Assembly: GCF_009914755.1 (NCBI RefSeq)
Contig: NC_060943.1
Length of the DNA stretch: 64,000 nucleotides
Direction: 5' to 3' (one strand)
Source: the human T2T-CHM13v2.0 reference genome, Homo sapiens
The notes below the pieces were generated by a model. The model saw only the letters and a list, made by a program, of their open reading frames with translations, searched no databases and was not told the origin of the DNA. This document shows positions 34,728 to 49,320 of this stretch, piece after piece. Each line of letters starts with the position of its first letter. Position 1 is the first letter of the stretch. The translations under genes were made by a program, and so were the position numbers.

Positions 34728-34904
<177 letters not shown>

Positions 34905-34947
34905 TTAGCCAGGTGTGGTGGTGGGAGCCTGTAATCCCAGCTACTCA

Positions 34948-35049
<102 letters not shown>

Positions 35050-35082
35050 TCAAAAAATAAATAAAATAAGAATTAAAAATTA

Positions 35083-35415
<333 letters not shown>

Positions 35416-35458
35416 CTATTTGGGTGTGGTGGGGTGCAACTGTAATCCCAGCTACTCA

Positions 35459-35665
<207 letters not shown>

Positions 35666-36084
35666 TTAGATAAGGTAGATGGGGAAAGTGATGGGGAATT
35701 AAGGAATGAGCCACACATCATCTGGGGAGAGCGCATCCCAGACAAAGGGTACAGCCCGTGCAAAGGCCCTGAGGCAGGACCGCACCTGACAAGTGAGAGG
35801 AACAGCGAGGAGGCCTGTGTAGCTGCAGCAGTGAGGAGGGGGAGAGAGGGAGCAGGGGAAGGTGGGGACAAGGCAGAACAGGACACGCAGAGCCTTGTGG
35901 GCCTCAAGAAGGACTTGGGCTTTAATTATGGGACATCTTTGGGAAGTGTTTTTTTTTTTTTTTTTTTTTTTTGAGACAAGATTTCATTCTGTCGCCTAGA
36001 CCAGAGGCAGTGGTGCGATCCTGGTTCACTGCAGCTTTAATATCCCAGGGATCAACCGATGCTCCCACCGCAGCCTCCGAGTAG

Positions 36085-36250
<166 letters not shown>

Positions 36251-36828
36251 TAGCTGGGATTACAGGCATGCACAGCCATGCCTGGCTAATTTTTGTGTTT
36301 TTAGTAGAGACAGAGTTTTCTCCATGTTGATCAGGCTGGTCTCGAACTCCTGATCTCAGGTGATCCACCTGCCTCAGCCTCCCAAAGTGCTGGGATTACA
36401 GGTGTGAGCCATCGTGCCTGGCCTGTTTTCTTATTTTTTACAGCAATGGCGTCTCACTATGTTGCTCAGGCTGGTCTCCAACTCCTGGGCTCAAGTGGTC
36501 CTCCTGACTCTGCTTCTCAAAGTGCTGGGATTACAGGTGTGAGCCACCACGGCCAGCACGTATTATTATTTTTATTAATATTATTGATGAGTTTCATACG
36601 TAAAGGATCACGGGCACTTTAGAGCTGGGAGATACTTCAGTATTTCTCCTATCCTGTCATTATCAGTGCGAGCCAGTCTCCCTCCTTGTTGATGACATTA
36701 TTGATGAGTTACATACTTAAAGGGCCAAGGACACTTTCTATGTGTAAGCACCCTATAGAACTGGAAGATACTTTTACCATTTCTCCTGTGCTGTCGTGAT
36801 TAGTGGGAGCACTTTGTCTTGCTCTTGA

Positions 36829-37073
<245 letters not shown>

Positions 37074-37269
37074 TAGCCAGTCTGGTCTCGAACTCCTGAC
37101 CTCAAGTGATCCACCCACCTCGGCCTCCCAAAGTGCTGAGATGACAGGCGTGAGCCACCGCGCCCAGCCATATTATTAGTGTTATTAATATTATTGATGA
37201 GTTACCTACTTTAAGGATCACGGGCGCTTTCAACGACAAGCCCCCTACATTACCCCAGCAACTTTTGAC

Positions 37270-37900
37270 ATTCTTCCGGCCGATGCCCTCCGCGGGAGCC
37301 GGCGGGGACCCCTGGGAAGCCGGCTAAGGCCCGTCCCGCCCGCAGCTCCGCCCTCGCCCACCCGTAGGCGGGGCCCGGGGCCTTCCGGCCTCAGTTTCCC
37401 CCCGCGGCCCGGGGATGCGGGGAGGCGCCGGCTGCCCCGCGCGGCGCGGCCGCCAGGGGCCGCTGCGGAGCCGCCTTTGTGGTCCCGATGCCGGGGCGGG
37501 CGCGGGCGGGAGGAGGGCGCGGGGGCCCGGGAGGGAGGCGGGAGGCGCGGCCGCCGCTCCAGCTGCGAGTCCGCCCGCCGCCCGCCGCCGCCGCCGCCGG
37601 CTCGGTCCCGCGCCCGCCATGGCCCGCCTGACGGAGAGCGAGGCGCGCCGGCAGCAGCAGCAGCTCCTGCAGCCGCGGCCCTCGCCCGTGGGCAGCAGCG
37701 GGCCCGAGCCCCCCGGGGGGCAGCCCGACGGCATGAAGGACCTGGACGCCATCAAACTCTTCGTGGGCCAGATCCCGCGGCACCTGGACGAGAAGGACCT
37801 CAAGCCGCTCTTCGAGCAGTTCGGCCGCATCTACGAGCTCACGGTGCTCAAAGACCCCTACACGGGGATGCACAAAGGTGGGCGCCCGGCCCCCTCCCCC
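37270..37900 (+). promoter_or_regulatory. CELF5: CpG-island promoter/5' UTR of CELF5 with GC boxes and a short (CCG)n tract at 37571-37600
   Basis: Very high GC and CpG density; ggggcggg Sp1 boxes; abuts the ATG in strong Kozak context (gccATGG). Confidence 0.9.
37619..37877 (+). CDS. CELF5: CELF5 (CUGBP Elav-like family member 5) coding exon 1: N-terminus plus first part of RRM1 ([15 protein letters not shown]...[43 protein letters not shown])
   Basis: RNP2 motif LFVGQI typical of CELF RRM1; AAG|gtgggc donor; 259 nt; phase 1. Exon 2 not found before the window end. Confidence 0.96.
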
Positions 37901-38305
37901 CTCTCCCCCTCCCTCCGCCTCCCACCCCACCTTCCGGCATCTTCTCTCCCCCATCACCATCCCTCCTCTGCTCACCTCCCTCCTCTGCCTGCCTCTGCCG
38001 GAGCATCGGTTCTTACCCCCTCCCTCCCACCCACCCCTCCTCCCCTCTCTGGGGGTGCAGCTGACAGATCCGAGCGGGCCCCCTCCCCTCCTCCGCCCCC
38101 TCTCCCTCCCTCCCCACCTTCCGGCATCTCCTCTCTCTCTCCCTCTCTCTCTCCCTCTCTCTCTCCCTTTCTCTTCTCTCCCATCTCCCTCGACCTCTCA
38201 TCCTTCCCCCCACAGCACCCTCTCTCTCCCTCCCTCCCTCCCTCACCCTTCCATCCCCCAGACCCCCACCCCTTCCTCCCTCCCTCACCCCACTCTTTCC
38301 TGCCC
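37890..38305 (+). repeat. C/T-rich low-complexity tract at the start of CELF5 intron 1
   Basis: Mostly C/T over ~400 nt, with (CT)n runs at 38128-38180. Confidence 0.9.
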
Positions 38306-39314
38306 GTTTGCCAGGGGAGCCTCGGGAACGCCGGCACCCCTCCCTGCCCCCCCACCCCCATTCATTCAGCCTCCCCAGGCCCCGTCGGGGAAGTTTGCAC
38401 CTGCGGACTCCATTGCTTTGGTTATTTTCACAAAGCCAGGCCGGCGGGGCAGGTCCGGCCGCGGGGGACACGGATGCCCAGGACCCCAGGCTAATCGGTA
38501 ACTACAAAGGAAGACGGGTTGGGGGCGCCCGGCTCGGGGGGACGCGCCCGCCTCGCCTGCCTCGGGTGGCGGAGAGGCTCCCGTCGCTGCCCACCCCCTG
38601 GCCCCACCACCTCCGCGTGGATCAGCATTCTCTCCTCCATTTCTCTGCCCTCCCCCTCCCCCGCCTCCACCTTGGGCTCAAGTTGAAACTGGCCGAGCCT
38701 CTTAGCAATGTGTTGGGGTCTCAGGCCCAAGACAATGAGCTTGGACGTGTCCATCTGGGCAGAGCCCAAATTCTGGGCTGGACAGGGAGGAGGAGGGAGG
38801 CGTGGGCGGCCTCAGGCCTGTCTGCCTCCCTCCCACTGGATTCTCCCTCCGATGGCATCCCGGGTGGGGGTGTCCGGCAATTGTATCCCCAGCCCTTGGT
38901 TCCCATCATGGGCCCAGCGTCTGAATTGGGGTGGCTTTGACAGCCTTCCGGTCAGGTGTTGGGGACTGGGGGTGCCACTTCAAAGGCCTTGTGCTGGACA
39001 CCCCCGGCCCTCCCCCTCCCATCCTCCAGGAAGACCCTGGAGAGGCCTTGGGGAAGGACCGGGGCCCATGACCTATTTTACACCCACTTTTTCCCCAGCG
39101 CTGCGTGCCCGGTAAGCATGAATGCATGTTTATTGAATGAATGAATTGAATGAATGAATGAATGAATGAATGAATGAAGGGGTTCAAGAAGGCCCTAGGT
39201 AGGGTCTGGTGAGATGGGGCCCAGGCCTGTCACTTCAGCTAGACCCTCCAGCTGGTTATCTTGAGGGAGGAAAGAAACCCCTCCCCATTCCCCATCTCTT
39301 TTCAAAACCAACCA

Positions 39315-39315
<1 letters not shown>

Positions 39316-39363
<48 letters not shown>
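39316..39363 (+). repeat. (CA)n microsatellite
   Basis: Perfect CA run. Other STRs: (TGAA)n 39134-39178, (GA)n ~40997-41100, (TG)n 41764-41802, (TTCA)n 42967-43007, (TTCC)n ~62226-62325. Confidence 0.97.
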
Positions 39364-39367
<4 letters not shown>

Positions 39368-41761
39368 TGGGCCTGAAAAATCTAACTCCTCCATGTGGCC
39401 TAGGAGGGCAGAGGGGCTCCCATGCGGCCCCCATAAGTCAATATCTGGAGTCCAGAGGTGATAGGTGGGCTTTTCCCACACGCCCCCACCCCTGGGTACA
39501 CCCAAAGCACCCATTTCTAGAAAGATTCCCGTGGGAATGGGGGAGTCCACATGGCCCCCCAAACGGTTGCATTGAAAGGCCGCTGGTTGAGCTCTAGGTC
39601 GGAGAGACAGGTGGGGGTGCAGGGACTGGAGCATCCTGGTGACTCTTCTTCATCTTTTTTTTTTTTTTCCTTCTTATTTTTAAATCTCTGGGAAACCTGG
39701 GCACGGGAGAAGTGAGGGGTGAAGGAGGGGCTGGGGCTGGGTTTTCACCTGGCCCTGAGCCTCAGTTTCCCTGCTGTCAACAGAGCAGGACCATGACGCA
39801 TCCCCAGTTCTTTTTTTACAGGTTGGAGAATGTTGGGGTCCCTGGGGTACCTCGGGGGTATTTCCCATTTGCGGGCTTTCCTTGGAGGGTGAGAATTGAG
39901 AAGCCGTGTGCACGACAGCCGGCAATCACCCTCCACTTTTTAGGGGTCCCAGGTCCGTCTGTGTGTGAGATACAGGGGCTTCACCTCGTGTTGAAAATGG
40001 GTCCAGTACCCTCGGGGAAGTGAATCCCCACCTGCGTGGGGCCTGGCTGGACTTCACCTGGTCTTTGCCTGCAGGTGCTTGGCACGAAGGGGTGGGGGGG
40101 TGTCTTCAGAATCAGCATCTGTGATCCAGGTTTGCGTTTGGGGCTCAGCTGTGTGACTTCTGGCTAGTGACTGCCCCTCTCTGGGCCCTCTCTGGGCCTT
40201 GGCTGAAGGGAGGTGGAATGGTGAATGGGAAGTCAGGATTTTTGGGGAGAGGAGTGAGTTCAGACACCTGCCACCAACATGACCTTATTAGGGCTGTTTC
40301 TGGGAGCCCTGGCGTGGTTTAGTGTGCCTGTTCAGAGTGGCAGGGCCTTGGGGATATGGACCCCAGGCCTGGAGAGAAATCCCTTTCCCTGGATGCCCGG
40401 CGGGGCCCATGAGACTGGGCACAGGAGATCTGTAAGGAGTAGAGTGGGGTGGGATGAGAACACCCTGGAGGTGCACCCGGCTCCTGGTACAAGCCCGGAG
40501 GGGGTCAGCTGGTACCACCTCTAGCCCTTCCTTGGTGTCCAGGCTGCAGGGACTTGTTTGATTTCCCCATGGAACCCATCGCCATGGAGGTGGGCTCCGA
40601 GTGACAGCGCATTTCTGGGAAACTGAGGGCTGGAGAGACATACCCTGGGTCCCACATTTACCGGAGCTAGGCCCCCATTACCCCCCCTGCCTTCCTCCCA
40701 GGCCAGGAGAAGCAGCTGTGCCTGTATCTGTGTGACATAGGGGTGACAGGTTCCCCAAAGCCAAGAGTGAGGCCCCCAGAGATGGTGCTGGGGATGGAGG
40801 GGCCCGTGACACCTGACAGCCACAGCTGGCCTGGCCGAAGGTGGCGTGGGGGCAGCCAGATTCCTAGAGGCCGTGCTGAGACTCAGAGAAAGGCAGGAGG
40901 CCTCATCCAGGAGCGGGGCAGGGGTAGGGGGAGAGGGATGCGTCGAGGTGGTCTTCCGAAAGAGGGCAGGCCCTGGGGCGCTGGGTTTGTTTTTAAGAGA
41001 GAGAGAGAGAGAGAGATGAGGACACAGAGAGAGAGAGAGAGACACGCAGGGAAAGAGAGACAGAGAGACCCACAGAGAGACAGAGACAGAGAAACACAGA
41101 CAGGGAGGGGGCTGCAGAGAGATGCAGGCCCACAGGAAGACCACAAGCCTGCTCCTGCCAGAACTCCGCATCCAGAGAGCGGGGACCTCCCCCAGGAAGG
41201 ACCCCCACCCCAGGCCAGGGGCTCAGGCCAAGAACTGGAGGCTGGGATTGGGGCTCCCGCTGGCCCCCCTGCAGTTCCTGCCCCGGGGACCCTCCCTCCA
41301 AGGCAGGCACCTCTGGAGCTGTGGCTGCCCCTGTCTATGGATGGTGGCTGCCTGGGTGCCCACCCTGCCAGGGGAAGGTGCCCACGGTGGTACTGGTCCG
41401 CCGCTGCCACTGGGCCCCCCGTTTATGGTAATCGCATATACATTTGCATGTTAATGACAATATTTGTCTTAAAGCGGAGGTTGCGCTGGGGGACGGTGCA
41501 GGTGGGGGGGGGGCCCGGCGGGGGCCCGGGTGGGGGCCCGCGGTTTCCATGGGAGCACCAGCTGCCGGCTCGACTCGGGAGGGGGGGAGGAGGAGGCTGT
41601 AGCAGGCTGAGCTCTGAGGCGTGAGATTCCGCGTGTGACGCACCAGCTCCAGGGAGAAGGCGGGCTGGGCGGCCTGGCGGGGGGACCGCGGGAGCAGTTG
41701 GCACCCCTGGTGGTGGCGGGGACAGCGGCAGGGGGCTGGGGGTGGCTGGCAGGGTTGGCCG

Positions 41762-41803
<42 letters not shown>

Positions 41804-44159
41804 ACGCGGGCGCGCGCCTGGGAAGGACTCCTGCCGGGGTGCTGTGTGGCTTCAAGCTGAGCGCGCCCCTCTCTGTGCCTCTTTTTCCCCTGCTGCATAT
41901 TCTCTCCTTTATTTAACAGACTTTCATAAGGCCCCGGAGCCTCACACCTGTGACTGTGACATCGTTTCTGCACCTCCCTCCCCCCGCCCCCCGCTTCAGG
42001 CAAAGAGCATTTATTGAACGCCTACTGTTTTCCAGCATTTATGCAGAGCTGGGCATTTGGTGTGAACAGAATTCCTTGTAGGATTCATGATGGAGTGGGC
42101 TAGATGTTAATCCGTCCACCTGTATGACCAACATTTATTGAGAGCTTGCTGTGTACCAGGCCCTGTTCTAGACCCTGGGCTACTGGGTTGGGCAAAACAA
42201 ATAAAATCTGCCATCCCTACCCCCCATCCAGACCTCCCCTCCCACCAGATTCCAGTTTAGGGGACGGAGACAGCTGGGGAACTGGGCTTACAAGGCACCG
42301 AGCTCAGGAATATGATGGCAAAACACACACCAGCAGTGACAGCCCAGAGGGGGGCCCTGCCCCCGCAGGAGTGGAGGCCAGGAGGGCCGCCTGGAGGAGG
42401 CAGTTAGTGTAGGAGAGTCGTTGAGAGCTTGGAGATGAGATGAGTCTGGTTTCCCTGCGTCTTGTGGCCTTGGGCAGATGTCTTCATCCCTCCAGGCTGC
42501 AGTGGGTCTTCCCGTTTCAGAGGAAATGAGGGAGGTGAGAGCAGAAGTGGCAGGGAGAGCAGAGAACAGAAGAGGCTGTTGGCATGGGGCCGGGCACAGA
42601 GTATGTGCTTGGTCAGTGGGAGCGGGCTTGTTACCTGACTACGCTGAGGCCCGAAGCGTGAGGAGGATGCACTGACGGGGAAAGGTGTTCCTGACAATGT
42701 GCGAGGGCCCAGAGGGGCGCTAACTCCAGGGAAGCTCAGGTGCAGGGAGGATGGAGTTTTTGCCCTGGTAGGAAAGGAGCAGAGGGGCTTGGGAGCTCAG
42801 GGTCCCCTTCTTCTATGGGGCTCACCTGTTGAGGCTCTTCCGAGGGGTCTTAGCTTGGGGCTGGACCCGGGAGGTTATCTCTGAAGTGGGCTTGTGTCTC
42901 TCTCTTTCACCCCTCAAATTGGCAAGTGAGGCCTTGGCCATTGGAAACACCTGGTAGGACCACACTCATTCATTCATTCATTCATTCATTCATTCATTCA
43001 TTCATTCACACAACACTTCTTGAAAACCTTCTGTGGCCTTACCTCGTACTGAGCAAGAGGGGTCTGAGGCCAGAGCTAGACATTGGCACCTATAGTCCAG
43101 TGGTCTGGCTTGGGTCAGAGGGAGGGGTGCAGGGTTGAGGGAACTGGATAATGAAGCAGGAGCTCTGCCTGGAGGAGGGGCATTAGAAATGGGGCTTTGA
43201 AGGATCGACAGGAGCTTTCCAGGTGGAGAAAGCATTTTATTTATGCATTCACAGAAACACTGACTGTGTTCCAGGCCCTATGATGGGCATGAAACACAGC
43301 AGTGAACAAGATAGGTACATGTCTTGACTTCCTGGATATAGGGAGAGGGAACTGGATCTATGAAGGCCTGGAGGCATGAAGAATTTGCACAGCTAGGGTA
43401 GAGGACGGATTAGGTGAGGCGTGGGAGATGAGGCTGGAGAGTCAGCATGGGCTGGACCAGGAAAGCCTCTGATGCTGGACTGAGCTTGGACTCTTTCCTG
43501 AGGGCACTGGGGAGCCATGGAAGAGTTTAGAGCAGGGAGGAACTCAGGCAGACCTGCATGGGAAGCGGGCTTCACATCCTGTTAACTCCCATTGCCACCA
43601 CCAGCCTCTTCCCAGCCTCCCAGCCTTGCTCAAAATATGCTCGTTTCCTTCACACCTGGATGGACAAAATAGAAGCTTCCAGTTGGGGTGAGGCCCACAG
43701 TGTGGGAAGAGAGAAATACAAAGAAGCAGATGTGTGTTCCGATTACATTGGCTCTTAGAGAACCAAGTTCCCCTCCTCCATGTGAAGCACAGGAGGAGAT
43801 CGGAGCCCAGAGAGGGGCAACACCCAGCCCAAGTCATACAGCAGTACAGCTGGGCTTCACGCCTCCCAGCCTGAGCTTTGACCCGCTCTGGAAGGATAAA
43901 AAGAAACATGATTTTGGAAACATAGACCAGGGTCAGAGCCATCCAGGGAGGCTGGCTGTCCTTGAACTTAAGATGATCAGGGCCAAAGGGAAGGGCTGTT
44001 AGGTTTGGAAGACACTGGCCTAGCAGGAGTCCAGTTGGTCTGGAGTCATAGTCAACATCAGTGATATGTAAGCTCTAGGAGGGCAGAAATTGTGTCTTGT
44101 TTGCCATTTGGAAGTGAGCTTGTGGATGAACAAGGGCATGAGGAAATGAGACGATCTGG

Positions 44160-44930
44160 GGATTGGAGAATGGATGGGCTGGCTAACAGATGGATGGAGA
44201 GATAGATATGTGAATCAATGGATACAGACATGGATGGATGGATGAATGGGTGACAGTGACTCTAGATATGAGTGGATTTGATGGATAGAAAAGTGGGTAG
44301 ATCAGTGGAAGGTTTGAATGGATTGATGGATGGGTGAACGGATGGATGGATGGATGGATGGATGGATGGATGGATGGGTGGATGAATGGATTTATGGATG
44401 GATGGGTGGATGAGTAGTGGATGGATGGATTTGTAGATGGGTGGGTGGATGGATGGATGGATTTGTAGATGGGTGGGTGGATGGATGGATGGATGGATAG
44501 ATGGATGGATGGTAGATGGGTGGATGGATGGATGGATGGATTGGTGGGTGAATGGATGAGCAGGTGGGTGGATGGATGGATGGATGGGCGGATGAATAGA
44601 TTGGTGGATGATGGGGGAGCGATGGATGGGCATATGGATGGGTGGGTGGGTGGGTTGGTGGGTCAATGAGTGCATGGATGGATGGATGGGTAGGTGGGTG
44701 GATAGATGAGTGGATGGATGGATGGATGGATGCATGAATGAATGAGTGAATGAGTGAATGAATAGATGGATGGATGATGGGTAGATGGAGAAATTAATGG
44801 TTGGATGGATGGATGAAAAGATGGATGGGTAATTGGTGGATGGAATACTAGATAGATGGGTGGGTGCATGGATGAATGGATGGATGGATGATGGATAGAA
44901 GATGGGATAGACTGAAGGATGGAAGGATGC
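44160..44930 (+). repeat. (TGGA)n/(GGAT)n degenerate simple repeat
   Basis: Long ggatggatgggtggat array. Confidence 0.95.
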
Positions 44931-45143
44931 TTCCTCAACCTTTACTACCTTCCTCCTCACCTGGTGAATACGAATGTTCAGAACCTTTGCTCTCAGACAG
45001 GCTTGGTTCCAATCCTGGCTCCATTTTTAAATTTCTGTGTAATCCTGAAAAAGTCACCTCATCTTTTCTGAACCTTAGCTACTTTGTAAAAGAGAAGTAA
45101 TACAGGTAGCTAGTTCACAGAGCAGTTGTCAAAATTGGAACTA

Positions 45144-45260
<117 letters not shown>

Positions 45261-45540
45261 CTACAAAAAATAAAAACCATATCCAGGTGTGGTGGTGTGC
45301 AACTGTAGTCCCAGCCACTCAGGAGGCTGAGGAGGGAGGATTGCTTGATCACAGGAGTTAGAGATTACAGTGAACTATGATCGCACCACTGCATCCCAGC
45401 CTGCGTGATAGAGTGAGGCCCTTTACAGAGTGAGTCTGTAAAGAAAAAAAAAAATGTGGTGTGATTCATGTAATTAACCTGAATAATGACTTGCATATTG
45501 TAGGTGTTCTCCATAAATGGTCAGGCAGTCAAAATAGTCA

Positions 45541-45972
<432 letters not shown>

Positions 45973-45979
45973 TTAAAAT

Positions 45980-46010
<31 letters not shown>

Positions 46011-47286
46011 AAGTTTTTAAAAAAGCTGCACGTGGTGGCATGTGCCTAGAGCCCTAGCTGCTTGGGAGGCTGAGGTGCGAGGATGGCTTGAGCCTGGGGA
46101 GGTGGAGGCTACAGTGAGCCATGATTATGCCACTGCACTCCAATCTGGAAAACAGATCTAAACCCTGTCTCAAAATTCAAAAGGCAACAACTTTATTAAG
46201 TCTGTATTGTGTGCCAGCCATTGAGCGAGGCTTGAGGACATAAAGCAATTCAGGGGGTAGGAGAGACTGACGATAAACTAGGAAACAAATAAAGTTGAGA
46301 TAGGTGTGAGGTGAGCTGCTGTGAACAAACAAACTAAAGATGTGTGTTGGGAGATGACAGCTTTCCTTGGGGGCCAGAGATGGCCTTTCTAGGAGGTGAC
46401 GTTTGAGACGAGACCTGAATGACAGATGGGAAGGCTGTTATGCTACAACCAAGGGAAAGGCGTTCCAGGAAGAGTACAGAGGCCCTGAGGCAGGACCACC
46501 ACATCTGGTGTGTTGGAGGAACAGCAAGGAGGCCCTTGTGGCTGGAGCAGAGTGAGGAGGGGGAGAGAGGGAGGAGAAGAGGGCAGAGAGGGAGTCGCGC
46601 AGGTTGTTGAGCGGGTTCTGTGTGTCTTGGAAGGACTTTGGTTTTTACCCCAAGAGAGGTGGAGCCATGGAGACCTGTGGCAGGGGAGGGACAGGGTCTC
46701 TCAGGGGAATATGGACAATGTGGATTCTGGGTCCTCCATTTTTTAGATGGGGAAACTAAGGCACAGAAGGCCCTAGAATGTGTCAGGAAGTTCTGCCACT
46801 AGGCTTATGCCTGGCTCTTCTGAGGAGCTCCTGAAGACGGCGGCGCCTGGAGGTAGCTGGAAGACAGAGTGGAGCAGGCCCCTCAGTGCCCTCCCATTCT
46901 CCCAGCAGCCTTTGAGGGTGGGGTCTTTATATCCAAGAGGATTTGCATTCTTGTCCCTGACCCTCCACTAGGGGGAAGGACCAGAGGGCATGCCTCTAGC
47001 AGAGCTAGGAGCCACCAGAAGAACTTTGTACACATAGGGAAATGGAGGCCCAGGTAGAGGAGGGGAGGTCAATTCACCAGCTCTTGGCAAGGGAGGCGAG
47101 GAAGAGGAAGGGATCTAGTGATGTGGTTCGTTCTCTCTCTCTCTCTCTCTCCCTCCCTCTTTCAAGAGATTGGCATCTCACTATGTTGCTAAGGCTGGTC
47201 TCAAACTCCTGGGCTCAAGCAATCTTCCCGCCTTGGCCTCCCAAAGCATTGAGATCGTAGGTGTGAGCCACCGCGCCCAGCCATGA

Positions 47287-47487
47287 TGTGGTTCTCAATG
47301 GGAGTTATTCTAGGACACTTGGCAATGTCTGGAGACATTTGTGGTTGTCATGATTTGGGGGTGCTTCTGGCTGCGAGTGGTGTCGAGTGGGTGGAGGCCA
47401 GGAATGCTGCTCAATACCCCACAGCGCCCAGGGTGACAGATGATCCGGCCCCAAGCATCCACGGTGCAGAAGCTGAGAAACCCTGGT
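47287..47487 (+). mobile_element. MER20
   Basis: gtggttctcaa...ggcaatgtctggagacatttgtggttgtca...gagaaaccctg; both termini present. Confidence 0.85.
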
Positions 47488-48371
47488 CCAGGGTACACCA
47501 GTGACCTGGCTTGGGCAGTTGGCACACAGTGCAGTGTCCTGGGGATGAGGCCTGAAGGTACCTAGGACAAAACCTGGGAATGCCCTTGACTTCCCTCTCT
47601 CACAACAACAACCGCACCTCCTATCCCTCCATCAGCAGATTCTGATGGCTCTGCCTTCAAAACCTCTCCAGAATCTGCCCACTTCTCTCTCCTCTGCCTT
47701 CACCTGGTCCAGCCCCCTCATCCCTCACCTGGACCAGTGCAGTCCCTGTGCCCTTGTCCCTGGCTCCCACCTTCGCGCCCCACAGTCTGTCCTCCCCGCA
47801 GCAGCCACCAGAGAGCGCCTGTGAGCACCTGAGTCAGGACCCGTCCCTCCTCTGCCTGCAGCCCTCCGTGGCTCCCACCTCCCTTAGAGTCAAAGCTGAA
47901 GTCCTCCCGTGACCTGCCTCATCCCCTTCATACCATCCCCTGCCCCCTCTCTCCTCCTCGCTCCCTCTGTTCCAGCCACACTGGCCTCCTTGCTGTTTCT
48001 GCAACAGGCAAGGCGTGGTCCTACTCCAGGACCTTTGCATGGGCTGTGCCCTCTGCATAAATGTTCTTCCCCCAGATACTCACATAGCTCCTTCCTTTCT
48101 CTTCTGTAAGCTTCACCTTTTTTTGTGAAACCCCTGTGATGGCAGGATTTGTAATCTAGTCACTCCCAGAACTCCAAGTTCCTTTTTCCTCCTTTCCTTT
48201 TTTTTTTCCTGTGCAAATGAAGACCTCTAACATACTATATATATCGCTTTTAGTTTTATTTGCTTTTTCTCCTTCCTAATAGACTGTAAGCCTCATTAGC
48301 ACAGAGATTTTCACCTTTGTGTGTACTGCTGTGTCACCAGTGCCTAAAAGAGTGCTTTGAACATCACGCGA

Positions 48372-49320
48372 GGATGGATGGGTGGGTGGGTGGATGGATG
48401 GATGGATTGGTGGATGGATGAATGTGTGGACAGATGGATGGGTGGATGGATGAATGGGTGGATGGATGGATGGGTGTGTGGTTGGATGGATGGATGGATG
48501 GATGGATGGATGGATGGATAGAAGGGTGGGTAGGAGGATGAGTGGATGGATGGGTGGATGGATAGATGGGTGGATGGGTGGATGAATGATGGGTGGATGG
48601 GTGAGTGGGTGGATATATGGGTGGGTGGATTGGTGAATGAATTGTGGGTGGATAGGTGGGTGGGTGGATGGGTGGATGGTGGGTGGTGGGTGAATGGGTG
48701 TGTATTTGGGTGAGTGAGTAGGTGGATGGATGGATGGGTGGATGAATAGGTGGGTGGGTGGATGGATGAATGAATGGATGGATGGATGAATAGGTGGGTG
48801 GGTGGATGGGTGAATGAATGGATGGATGGATGAATAGGTGGGTGGGTGGATGGGTGGATGAGTGGATGGGTGGATGGGTGGGTGGATGGATGAATGAATG
48901 GATGGGTGGATGAATAGGTGGGTGGGTGGATGGGTGGATGAGTGGATGGGTGGATGGATGTGTGGATGGGTGGGTGGATGGATGAATGAATGGATGGGTG
49001 GATGAATAGGTGGGTGGGTGGATGGGTGGATGAGTGGATGGATGGATGGATGGATGGATGGATGGATGTGTGGATGGGTGGATGGATGGATGGATGGATG
49101 GATGTGTGGATGGGTGGATGGATGGATGGATGGATGGATGGATGTGTGGATGGGTGGATAGATGGATGGATGGATGAATGGATGGATGGATGGATGGATG
49201 GATGTGTGGATGGGTGGATGGATGGATGAATGAATGGATGGATGGATGAATAGGTGGGAGGATGGTTGATTGGATGATGGACAAGTGGATGGGTGGACAG
49301 TTGGGTGGGTGTATGGATGG
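48372..49320 (+). repeat. (TGGA)n/(GGGT)n degenerate simple repeat
   Basis: ~950-bp array with higher-order sub-repeats (gatgaataggtgggtgggtggatgggtg). Confidence 0.95.

Noticed and set aside
37878-38494. Continuation of the 359-aa ORF past CELF5 exon 1
   Set aside because: Read-through of the splice donor into a C/T tract that lacks stops by composition; not part of the canonical CDS.
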